The position numbers and the translations under genes are program-made. Positions 38,961-50,465 of a stretch of 64,000 nucleotides of DNA are shown in pieces. Under the pieces are notes generated by a model, which saw only the letters and a program-made list of their open reading frames with translations, was not told the DNA's origin and did not search any database. Source of the DNA: Octopus sinensis (taxonomy: Eukaryota). How positions within the stretch are numbered: position 1 is the first letter of the stretch; each line of letters begins with the position of its first letter. The DNA lies in NCBI RefSeq assembly GCF_006345805.1, contig NC_042998.1:50406001-50470000 (forward strand), read 5' to 3'.

Positions 38961-39460
38961 GGTCATGACTGGATACACTGTTGGGTATTTCCGAAATGGC
39001 GTTCGTTGATATTCGAAAGTTCGACAAGAATTAGCTTCGTTCGAAGACATGCCCATTGTACCTGTGTCTAAATTTTACGTGTGAAGAAGTATTATATTTA
39101 ATTACAGTTGCTAAACGAACACTTGTGTATATATCTCACATATCTGTATACATTAAGAATATCAGTCCAAAGACCCTAACAATACTTTGAAAGTAACTTG
39201 TAATTTTCAGATGAATTGAAGAGTTACATCCCTTGACTGCAAAAATTATTGTCAAAAACAAAAATGGCGTCCTCATGAGTTGAAACTGAGACTTTGGAGG
39301 TTTGGTAAGTGTAAGACGCGAAACCGGTACTACCAGTTTTATTATGCAATGTTGTAATACAAACTTTTGGTTCATTATGATATTAATATTAGCATAAATT
39401 TTATTATACAATTCCTATGCATTTTACATATTTTCTTTCTTATATACATATACAACTACA

Positions 39461-39544
<84 letters not shown>

Positions 39545-39574
39545 ATATATATATTAATCCAAATATGAAAACCC

Positions 39575-39745
39575 AAAGAAAAAACACAACACCGCGGGAC
39601 GTGGAACAAGTATAGTGTTATTGGCCGCAGGAATGGAAAGAAAGAAGGAGGATTTAACGTTTCGAGTGGAGCTCTTCGTCAGAAACATAGGAAAAGGAAA
39701 GATCTAAGGAAGGGAAAACGGAGGAAAAAAAAATCGCCAATGATA
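39575..39745 (-). mobile_element. Penelope-like pLTR remnant
   Basis: Contains a minimal HHR and a T-rich downstream tract typical of PLE termini. Confidence 0.6.
39652..39686 (-). ncRNA. Minimal type-I hammerhead ribozyme motif
   Basis: GTTT-CTGACGA-A-GAG(CTCCA)CTC-GAA-ACGT-T-AAAT: intact core, palindromic stem III. Confidence 0.65.
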
Positions 39746-40013
39746 CACACACACATATATATATACAGATATATACATATATATGTACATATATACATAT
39801 ATACTATATCATACATATATATTTATATGTATAGATAAATATACATATATATATACATATATAATATAAAATATGTGTATATATATATATATATATATAT
39901 TGCCTCCTAAATGTGGCTAACCCTTAAGGGTTGATGCTATTGTAGCTTGTAGTCCCATGACGACATCTCCTCCAGCTGGCTATTGACGCACTTTCTGTGC
40001 CCTATCAGTATTT

Positions 40014-40103
40014 CCCATCTCCAGCCTGTCGTGATACACACGGACCCGAGTTTCTGGGTGTTGACCCCTCATCAGCGTATGACAACCACCGGTTGGCGAT
40101 GGG
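40014..40103 (-). ncRNA. Type-I hammerhead ribozyme with extended stem I
   Basis: CATACG-CTGATGA-G-GGGT(CAAC)ACCC-A-GAA-ACTCGGGT-C-CGTGTG; outer helix CCCATCGCCAACC/GGCTGGAGATGGG. Confidence 0.85.
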
Positions 40104-40389
40104 ATGTGGTTCTCTATGCAATATATATATATACTTTTTCCAGTGACGACAACCCACTGATCTCTTGCTAGTTTCCACTTCAATATATATATATATATAT
40201 ATATATCTGTATACATGCATACATGTATATATATATACATACATACATAAATACATACATACATACATACATACATACATACATACATACATGCATACAT
40301 ACATATACACCCACAAACACATACGTAAATATATAAATACATATATATATATATACTTTCATATATATCCCGATACCGATAAAAATCAG

Positions 40390-40980
40390 AAAATCAGAAT
40401 CCTTTTATAGTGACCTTCAAGAGAGTAACAGAAACGAAGAACTGTCAGTTGTAGTGATAACATGAAGTTCCAACATCCAACAAACCGATAAATATGTTGG
40501 ATCTGTAAGAAACGTTCTTGTTCCCAATCGATATTGAAATAACGAAATATCGCTCCAGCATTATGGTATGTCTTGACAAGTTCTGGTTGTCGAGTTAATG
40601 ATATCATAAAAAGGAATCATGGAGTGGATATATATAAAAGGGAGAGCTAATATATGAGGGATTTAATAAGAGTTGTGAGTTCCGAAAATAGTTCTTTACA
40701 TAGTATTTCCCTTAGAGGCAGGACGTAGTGAAAATGTAGCTAGATCAATTATGCCCTACCTGATTGGTATTGGGCTTAAGAAGAATTGCGACGTATATAT
40801 TCGAGAGTATCAGAGATTGCGGCATTATGAATATTTCAGAGATTATGTGAGAGGAATTTCAAAACAGAGAATGAAGAATGTATCTTCAGCAATTATTAAA
40901 ACAAAATAATCGTTGGCTAGATACAGCAACTCATCCTTTGGTAAGATGGTTGCATGGATAACAAGAGGAAATAAGAGTAT
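40390..40980 (-). mobile_element. Possible highly decayed Penelope-like RT fragment
   Basis: Weak, frameshifted resemblance in expected order to DKG.., PKIHKP.GRPIIS and L.ELVL..N.F.F..YKQI motifs. Confidence 0.3.
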
Positions 40981-41139
40981 TACTATGAGGCAAATTATAT
41001 ATATATATATGTACATCCATACATACATACATATATATATATATATGTATATATATATTTAGTATATATATATATAATATATATATATTATATATATATA
41101 TATATTATATATTATGTATATATATATATATACATATAT

Positions 41140-41173
<34 letters not shown>

Positions 41174-41699
41174 ATACATATATATATATACATATATATA
41201 TACATATACATAATATGTATAAAATTTATATACATATATACGTGTACGTACGTATGTCTCACTGTATGTATGTATGTATGTACGTATTTATGTATATATG
41301 AGTATGTATGTGTGTCTCTATGCATGTATGTATGTATGAATGTACGTATGTATGTACAAAATGCGGGCAGACATGCATATACAATATTTATATTTGCATG
41401 CATACACACACATACGTATGTGCATATGTGTGTATGTGTGTATGTATGTATTTATGTATGCACGTATCTATATATGTATGTATGTATGTATGTGTGTGTG
41501 TATGTACGTGTGTGTGTGTATGTATGTATGTACGTATCATTTTCCTCTGTATTCGTTTTTGACACCAGAATTTCCGATTTGTGATTTGATAATGTGAGAG
41601 AAATAAAGAAAATTGTAGAAGGAACGAATGAAAGCTAAAAGCAAAACAAAAATAAAACAAAAGTAAAGAACCATAAAAGAAAGAAAAACAAAGAAGCAA

Positions 41700-41763
<64 letters not shown>
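41700..41763. repeat. (GA)n microsatellite
   Basis: Read directly. Confidence 0.95.
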
Positions 41764-41768
<5 letters not shown>

Positions 41769-43223
41769 GGAAGGAAAATACAGAGGCAAAAATTACATAA
41801 ACAGAGGATAAGAGGAAGGAGAAGCTAATACAAGATAGAATGAAATTTTTTTTTAATGATTGTAAAAGGAACGAAAAAGAAAGAAAAACAATGACTGAAT
41901 GGATGAATGAACAAAACAAACAATACATGAAAGAAATGAATGACAAAAAAAATACTGAAAAAGTTACAGCAAAATGGAGAAATTTGCGTTAATAAAAAAT
42001 TGATACGTTTGATTTATTTTGTATATTTTTGCTACGCCATTTTTCCATTCGTTTACGATAAGATTTTTCATTTATGCGTGTCATATTTGTCTCTTTTTTA
42101 TTGTATTGTATTAGTGTTTCATTTATCTTTATTTATTTTTCGATATTTCTATCTATGTTTGTAATGTTTGTCGGAGTATTTGCGCTAATGATTGTTGGTT
42201 CGATTCTTACTATACGCTTGTTTGTTTCTTAGATTCTTTGCCGGTTAATCGGTTATACGGCTAACTGCCTGACTGGTTGGTTGGTTGGTTGGTTGGTTGG
42301 TTGGGTGGTTGTTTTGGTGGTTGTTTTGCTCGTTGATTGGTTGGCTGGTTGGTTGGTTGATTGGCTGATTTTTGATGACTGGATGACTATGTTGTTTGAT
42401 GTAAAATCACGACCTGACCGAACATTTGTCAATTGTTTCCAGAAGAAACCGCGCCAAACATACGCACATGCACACAACACATACACAGTCACTCACTCTC
42501 TCTCTCTCTCCCACACACATACACACACACACATGACACATACACATGCATATCAATATTAAGACACATTGGAAAGTGCATATGGATTTACGAGTAAGCA
42601 TATACTTGTGTGAATACAATTAGATATATAAAAATAAATACATAAATATATGTATGTATATATGTGCCCGCGTGTGTTTGTATGTGTGTGTGTGTGTGTG
42701 GTCTATGTGTGCGCGCGTGCGTACGTTTGTGTGTGTGTTTGTATGTATATTTTCCCATGTATTAGTTGGTCAGCATATATGTATACACACACACACATAT
42801 AATTAAATGAAACTATATATATATATATACACGTTTTCCCATCTATTGAACAAACATATTCTGTTGGTTACCCAAATATATTGATCACAAGGAATTGATC
42901 AAAATGATTATTCAAGTCTTTCGCACACATAAACACATCCAAACATATCTTTCTTTCCTCTCTCTCTCTCTCTGTATAGATTATATATATATATATATAT
43001 ATATATTAAATATATGAGTAGTTGAATGAATTATCTTATTAAGGATAATTCGAAAGATAACCGATACCTGGGTAGCAAATTCACATCAGAAAGAACATGG
43101 TTGAAGCTACGAAACATATGTCGAGAATAAAGGATATTTGTAAACTAGTCGTTCAACTCCATTCTTTCATATACTTATAATTTTAATATATATAAATATA
43201 TATATAATATATATATGTGTGTG

Positions 43224-43256
<33 letters not shown>

Positions 43257-43432
43257 TTTGGAAATTCCTTGATACAGTTGTAATATTTGGGGCGAAGATT
43301 TTCGCAAAGAGTTAAAATTGAGAAATTAGAAAGTCGAAAGTCGCTAACCTTTGGGAAGAGATTTCACAAAATGTGTGCAGCCTTTGCTTTTATAAATGTG
43401 CAAGCGCTTTCAGTTCTTAACGTTTTCAAGCA

Positions 43433-43465
<33 letters not shown>

Positions 43466-43470
43466 CCACA

Positions 43471-43506
<36 letters not shown>

Positions 43507-43556
43507 ACACACACCACACACACACAAACACGGCACTCACACAAAAACACACACAG

Positions 43557-43598
<42 letters not shown>

Positions 43599-43912
43599 GC
43601 TACATGTATTTCTTTTTGTAAATATGTGTATATATATATATTATACGTGTACATACATATTCGCATAATATATGTGTGTGTGCGCATAATTGCGTATGTG
43701 TGTGTGTGTGTATGTGTGTGTGTGCGTGTGTGTGTGAACCATCACTACCGTTCAGTTCCAGTCTGGATCTTGAAATATTTCTTTCAAGTTGTTTTTTAGT
43801 AGTCTCTTATGTCCCTTAGTATACTGTCTCACCTGCAAACAAATTTATTATTCAATTAAGCAGCTTTTTGCAAAGAAAAAAAGTCAAATCTATGACTTCC
43901 ATCAACCTACCC

Positions 43913-43944
<32 letters not shown>

Positions 43945-44070
43945 GGTAAACAGTAAAATATAATTACAGACATGGACAAGAACATGAAACACCACAGAGA
44001 CGACACAAGAACCACAGGACGGGACATTCGAAGCCCTCAGTCATCAGTCAAGAACCAGATCATCTTAGCA
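43945..44070 (-). mobile_element. Penelope-like terminal remnant
   Basis: Minus strand CTGATGACTGAGGGCTTCGAATGTC decayed HHR-like motif plus T-rich tail. Confidence 0.4.
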
Positions 44071-44183
44071 ATTTCGGCTATATATATATATGCATATAAT
44101 ATATATTATATACACATTATTATATGTGTGTAAATATTATATATATATAATTGTATATATATATATATATGTATATGTGCGTG

Positions 44184-44222
<39 letters not shown>

Positions 44223-44258
44223 ATATATATATATATATGTATTTATATATATATAAAA

Positions 44259-44294
<36 letters not shown>

Positions 44295-44296
44295 AT

Positions 44297-44908
44297 TTAT
44301 ACGATAGTGTATATTTATACACATAAGGAATCTACACTTAGGGTGAAATTCAACACATAGAACCACAAAAATAACGGATAAGATTCGACTGGAACAAAAT
44401 TTGGAAATGAAAAACATTTACCATTTAATACCCCAGACCAAAATTGGTTTCTGATCTTCTTTTAGCAAGTCAGGGGAACTCACAAGGTCTGATCTTCATC
44501 GGCGAGGGCCAACCTGGCGTTAAAACATATAAGACAGAAGACAAGGACTGCTATCTGTCTACTGTTTATACGAAGTAACTTTTCAAATTTTTCTGCGCAA
44601 TCGCAGTCCTATCGTTAGCTACAATAAACCGCCAACTTTAACCGAAAATTATCCAAAAAGTTATAATGTTTAATCATATCAAAAGGGAAATGGAATTTAA
44701 TTAAATTTAAAATATTCAATCAAAATTTACATTTCCAGTGGTCTAACGTGTAAAAAATTAGTCAAGAAGACTATTTATTAGTTATACGATAGTGTATATT
44801 TATACACATAAGGAGTCCACACTTAGGGTGAAATTCAACACATAGAACCACAAAAATAACGGATAAGATTCGACAGGAACAAAATTTGAAATGAAAAACA
44901 TTTACCAT
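44297..44908 (-). mobile_element. 485-bp unit with 128-bp terminal direct repeats and internal HHR (PLE pLTR or retrozyme-like)
   Basis: 44297-44424 repeated at 44782-44908 with about 4 differences; TA microsatellites on both sides. Confidence 0.75.
44431..44508 (-). ncRNA. Type-I hammerhead ribozyme motif with U4C change and long stem II
   Basis: CCTCG-CCGATGA-A-GATC...GATC-A-GAA-ACCAA(TT)TTGGT-C-TGGGG. Confidence 0.7.
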
Positions 44909-44913
44909 ATATG

Positions 44914-44991
<78 letters not shown>

Positions 44992-45285
44992 TATACACAC
45001 ATTAGGAGCACATTTAAGCCTCAAAGTGAACATTAGACGTGTTTTTTTTTCTTTTTACCTCAAATGTTTTATATTTTTGGGTACTGTAGAAAATAATATT
45101 TATTTCTTCCATTGTTGTTGTTGTTGTTGTCGTCGTCGTCGTCGTCGCCGCCAGAGCTAGGCGTATATTTCGGAGCTCTGTGTGTGCCTTGTTTACCTTT
45201 AAAAAGATTGTTATTGTTACATTTTATTGTTATAACTTGTGACGAAGTTAATCTAGACCATATCGGTCTGATTAATTGGGGTTTG

Positions 45286-45744
45286 GGATCTTTTCGGTTT
45301 GAACGGCAGTTTTTTAACATAATTTCTAGGTAACTAAAAAAATTTAAACTTCGTATACTGGTAGAATGTGTTTATAAAACATCTTTTTCTCTTGGCTTTA
45401 TTGAGAAAATTCTATAGTTTGTAAGATATTTGTTGTTTTTTCTTCAATTTCTGCAATTTCAACCAATCACTGACGGCCATTGAGGTAAACAACATTCTGT
45501 GCCGTATGAATATGTCCCTCGATTAAGAAACAGATTGGGTTTATTTACATTTGTGAAGAAATAAAGATACCTTTACCCCACCCCTAACTCTAACCCTAAC
45601 CCTAACCTTAACCCTAACTAACCCTAACTAACCCTAAACTTAAAATAGATTGAAATGCAATAGATCGATACTAGGGTCATAATTATGGGTGACAATTTCA
45701 TATGACACCGCTAGAAAAAACTGCCGTTCAAACCAAAAAGATCC
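45286..45744. mobile_element. MITE with 30-bp TIRs carrying (TAACCC)n
   Basis: GGATCTTTTCGGTTTGAACGGCAGTTTTTT / AAAAAACTGCCGTTCAAACCAAAAAGATCC; telomere-like hexamers at 45580-45640. Confidence 0.85.
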
Positions 45745-45821
45745 GGGGGGTTTTTGCCCTGCGTGGCAAAAATCACTCGGAAAGAAAATTAATTTTCCTT
45801 TCAAAATTTGCAAAATTTAAT

Positions 45822-46813
45822 ATGGCGTCGTCTTTTTCAGCAAATCAACAAGAGAGGGAAGTGGGAGGAGATATGCAAGGCGAAATTGACTTTCGTCTTC
45901 ACTCGCCCCTACTCACTTTAGATGCAAATGATAGTCGTAGTAGCGGGAGGAGTAGCAACAACAATGACAGCAACAACCAGAGTGGAAGTGTCACGAGTAA
46001 AAAGAATTCGATCAAGGAAGCGCGAATTATAGCTAGCAGCAGCCAATTGTGCAAAGAAAATATCACCATCATCACCACACAAATTAGTAAAATTTCAAAC
46101 AAAGAAAAACAAGGTTCAAATAGAAATAACGTTTCTTTCGTAAAAGTTACAAATAATTTTTGAAATTGTGTCGTTAGAGAATAAAGAAGAACATTTAAAG
46201 GAAGCTGAGAGGATTATAAGACGGGAAGAAAGAAAGGCCACACTAAATGTGCCTCAAAACCTGCTAGAGGCAACCGAAGAAAGAAAATTCTGTACAAATG
46301 TCTGTCCATGGAAAGAGAAGACTGGAAAAAATACCTATTTCTTTACTACCCGCAAGGGGCTAAACACAGAGAGGACAAACAAGGACAAAAAAAAACGGAT
46401 TAAATCGATTATATAGACCCCAGTGCTTAACTGGTACTTAATTTATCGACCCCGAAAGGACGGAAGGCAAAGTCGATCTCGGCGGAATTTGAACTCAGAA
46501 CGTAACGGAAGACGAAATACTTATTTCTTTACTACCCACAAGGAGCTAAACAGAAAGAGAACAAACAAGGACAGACAAACGGATTAAGTCGATTACATCG
46601 ACCCCAGTGCGTAACTGGTACTTAATTTATCGACTCCGAAAGGACGAAAGGCAAAGTCGACCTCGGTGGAATTTGAACTCAGAACGTAACGGCAGACGAA
46701 ATACGGCTACTCATTTCATCCGGCTAACGTTTCTGCCAGCTCACCGCCTTAAGACTGGAAAAAATACCATAAGACCAAGCCGACCTCTGCAGGAAAAATA
46801 TATGGTGGGATAA
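45822..46813 (+). pseudogene. Disrupted ORF (possible LINE ORF1-like), frameshifted and split by a SINE
   Basis: AATATGGCG start, 113 codons to a T-run frameshift at ~46160, reading continues FEIVSLENKEEHLKEAERIIRR...KTGKNT and resumes after the SINE TSD; no family identified. Confidence 0.35.
46336..46750 (-). mobile_element. SINE family A, two-module copy with 18-bp TSD
   Basis: AAGACTGGAAAAAATACC at 46318-46335 and 46751-46768. Confidence 0.95.
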
Positions 46814-47220
46814 GGCGACGAGCTGGTAGAAACGTTAGTCCGCCGGGCGAAATGTTTAGCGGTATTTCGTCTGCCGCTACGTTCTGAGTTCAAATTCCGC
46901 CGAGGTTGACTTTGCCTTTCATCCTTTCGGGGTGGTTGATTAAATAAGTACCAGTTACGCACTGGAGTCGATATAATCGACTTAATCCGTTTGTCTGTCC
47001 TTGTTTTTCTTCTCTGTGTTTAGCCCCTTGTGGATAGTAAAGAAATAGATATTTCGTCTGCGGCTACGTTTTGAGTTCAAATTCCGCCGAGGTCGACTTT
47101 GCCTTTCATCCTTTTGGGGTCAATAAATTAAGTACTAGTTGCGTATTGGGGTCGATCTAATCGACTAGCACCCCTCCCTCATAATTTCCGGGCCTTGTGC
47201 CTTGAGAAGAAAAGAATATT
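46813..47220 (+). mobile_element. SINE family A, two-module copy
   Basis: Head GGCGACGAGCTGGTAGAAACGTTAG; module repeated at 46863 and 47050. Confidence 0.9.
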
Positions 47221-47469
47221 GTAGGCCAGTGACCACTCCGTTATATTTGGCTCATTTTGGTTTGAATTATACAAATTATTTCGGTCATAAACATATCCTA
47301 TTCTTTTTGAATATATATGTCTCTGTGTCTTGGTTGCTGGCAGTAAAGTTGGACAGTTGCTAAATTTATGAGCCATTCTGTAGTCACTCGACTTGCTAAA
47401 ATCAGCAGCCAACACTTTTCTGGAAGTCCTACACTATTGTCTCTAATATTCCTTTCTACTATAGTATAC

Positions 47470-47665
47470 AAAGCCTGAAATTTGATAGGAGGGGACTAGT
47501 CGATTAAATCGATCCCAGTGTTTCACTGGTATTTAATTTATCGATTCCGAAAGGATAAAAGGCAAAGTCGACCGCGGCGGAATTTAAACTCAGAGAGTAA
47601 CGACAGACGAAATACTGCTAAGCATTCCGTCCAGCGTGCAAGGGATTCTGCCAGTTTTCCGTCTT
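47470..47665 (-). mobile_element. SINE family A
   Basis: AAAGGCAAAGTCGACCGCGGCGGAATTTAAACTCAG. Confidence 0.85.
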
Positions 47666-48626
47666 GCTACTGTCTCTTATAATAACGGAGTACATTGGGA
47701 AATGTAGATTCGCTGTATCTCTGTAAACATAGGATGGGACCAGTTAAAAAGAATTTCATCAAAATTTTGCACGGACAGGCCAGACCTGGTACTAACAACA
47801 ATATATTTTTAAATATTCTTATAAATTCTATTCTTTTTTATAAAATAATATGCTTTTAAATCCTATTCCCTTTTATAGTTTACCTTATTTTAAGAATGTT
47901 TTGAGAGATAGACTAAACAGGGAACATTTTCTTTTTGATTTTTGAATTGTAATTTGAATTGTAATTTCTGCTGTCATTAAATATTTTACATTTCATTTCT
48001 ATATATTTCTCATTTTCCCTCGTGCAATTTGAGTATTGTTAAATACATACTTTCCTTTCAAACTTTACAACCATCTACGCAAATACGCGTGTATGTATAC
48101 ATACATGCTTAAATATATATATCTGTGAGTGTGTGTATGTATGTATGTATGTATACATGTATGTATTTATGTAGGTAGGTGTGAATGTATACCTATATGT
48201 ATATATTATACAACGTATCATAAAATGTGTCAGTTCGTAATAAGTTTCGTCGTGCAGTCCCTCCGTGATTGAGCGTTAGTCGACACTGGAAACGTTTTAA
48301 TCTTAGATCCAGAGAAGGTGAAACTAAACACCTAAGTAACATTTACTATGGTCCTCTACTCTTTCTGTCAGTTCTACAATTTTCTGTCAGAATAGAAATA
48401 TAACAGAAGAAAAGTATAGAATAGTCTGATGACAAAAACGCTGAGATACAAAAGAAAATACCCAGCTAAATTCGATATCATCAAGGCATCGAAATTCACT
48501 AATATTAGCTACTTTACAATTTTATTCTTGAATATATGTATATGCGTATATGTGAGTGTATGCATGTGTATATTTGTACATCCTGCAACACACACAATTG
48601 CACACACACACATGCATATATATATA

Positions 48627-48735
48627 TACGAGGGGTGTATGAAAAGTCTTGAACCTCAAAAAAAAAAATGGTACAAGACTTCAAGGTTCAAAGGCGCAAG
48701 GCTCAAGGCGCAACACTTTTCATATACCCCTCATA
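48627..48735. mobile_element. Tiny mariner-type MITE
   Basis: TACGAGGGGTGTATGAAAAGT / ACTTTTCATATACCCCTCATA TIRs with TA ends. Confidence 0.8.
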
Positions 48736-48759
48736 TATATACATGTGTGTGTGTGTGTG

Positions 48760-48979
48760 TAAGAGGGGGTGCTGAAAAATTCCTATTTTTGGGTAACAGA
48801 AAATACCGGAGAATCTGTTAATTATGATTTTATTCAACATATTTCCCTCTCAGATTCACACACTTATTGCAGCAGTCCTTCAGTTCTTCTGAGCACTGTA
48901 AAAGAAATCGGAAGGGTGGGTCTCCAGCCCAAGCCTTCATGATACCCTTAAAGCCAGGAACTTTTCAGCACCCCTCGTA
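48760..48979. mobile_element. Mariner-type MITE
   Basis: TAAGAGGGGGTGCTGAAAAATTCCT / AGGAACTTTTCAGCACCCCTCGTA TIRs. Confidence 0.85.
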
Positions 48980-48983
48980 TATA

Positions 48984-49195
48984 GAATTGGAAAAGAGATG
49001 GAAGTCCGCTGATACTAAATCTGGCGGATAGGGCGGGTGCAGAAGCGGTACTATGTTGTTTTTGGTGAGAAACTCACAAGTGAGCAAAGTTTGGTGAAAG
49101 GGTACATTGTCAGCGCTTTCACCGAATGTTCTCCCTCAAATGCTTCAAAACGTCGCAGTAAAACTAGTCCGGGAACTTTTTAATTCCACCTCGTA
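48984..49195 (-). mobile_element. Internally deleted mariner fragment
   Basis: TIR TACGAGGTGGAATTAAAAAGTTCCCGG; translation DNVPFH...LLHPPYPPDLVSADFHLF. Confidence 0.7.
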
Positions 49196-49319
49196 ACACG
49201 TTCGAGTGAATTCGGATTTGATAAGATCTGTCGCTGCGGAAATAGACGCGAGAGAAAATCCTACACCTAGATATGTGTGAAACCATCTTTGTGAGACTGT
49301 GAATAATATCGATTAATTG

Positions 49320-49515
49320 TAGGACGCTTGACAACCGGGATTGCCATGTTTTCGTCCCTGTAATTTAGCGGATCGTCAAAAGAGCTCGACAGAATAAGTA
49401 CCAAGCTTTAAAAAGAAGTATTGAAGTCGGTTTATTCGACTAAAAATTGAAAAATTGAAGACGGTGCTCCAGCAAGGCCGAAATCTAATGACTGTAGCAA
49501 ATAAAAGATAAATAA
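49320..49515 (+). mobile_element. SINE family B 3' half
   Basis: TTGACAACCG...GAATAAGTACC...GGTGCTCCAGCAAGGCCG. Confidence 0.7.
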
Positions 49516-49542
49516 AAGACATACATACATACACACACATAC

Positions 49543-49544
<2 letters not shown>

Positions 49545-49575
<31 letters not shown>

Positions 49576-49745
49576 TGTATGTATGTATGTATGTATGTAT
49601 GTACGTACGTTCGTACGTATGTATGTATGTATGTATGTATCTATGTATGTATGTATCTATGTATGTAAGTATCTATGTATGTATGTATCTATGTATGTAT
49701 GTATGTATGTATGTATGTATGTATGTATGTATGTATGTATATGAG
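49545..49745. repeat. (TATG)n microsatellite
   Basis: Read directly. Confidence 0.95.
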
Positions 49746-50408
49746 AGAAAGAAAATGAAATTCACAAGACTCTTTATTCAGAACGACTACGATAGTTTTG
49801 ACCCATCCTAAACCGGGTCTTCACAGGTGAGATGCTAAACAAACCATTGTCATGCATCGTAGGTGCAGATGCCTCTGATCCGGTGACTTTTCAAAAAAAG
49901 TGCCTCGTTTTTTATTTGCCGTTTCGCTTATTTCTATAACAATACAATTTGGTAATTGTAGTGTACTGTCCGTCTCCATAAGGAACAGAAATATTATGAA
50001 AATTTATTTTCATATAAACAATAAAGTAATTTATATAAGGATAAACGAATAAGGAAACAAAATATAAAACGAATAATAATTACAATGCAGTATAACGAAA
50101 ATAAAAAACAGTTAAATATAATCATAAAACATACATGCAATCAGATTAGAGTAAAAAATTTGGACATTTATATTGACCTTTACATTTCATCAAAACAAAT
50201 AATTTAGTATGTATATGCATGCATACAAGCATACACACATAATACATACATACATACGCACATACACACATACATACACACAGACAGTCATACAAATGCA
50301 GACACACACACATATGAATGTATACAAACATATCTATCTATCTATACATACATACATACATACATACATACATACATACATACATACATACATACATACA
50401 TACATACA

Positions 50409-50439
<31 letters not shown>

Positions 50440-50465
50440 CTATATATATAGAGAGAGAATTATTA

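Noticed and set aside
45580-45640. Possible chromosome end or fusion site
   Set aside because: Short imperfect hexamers enclosed by MITE TIRs
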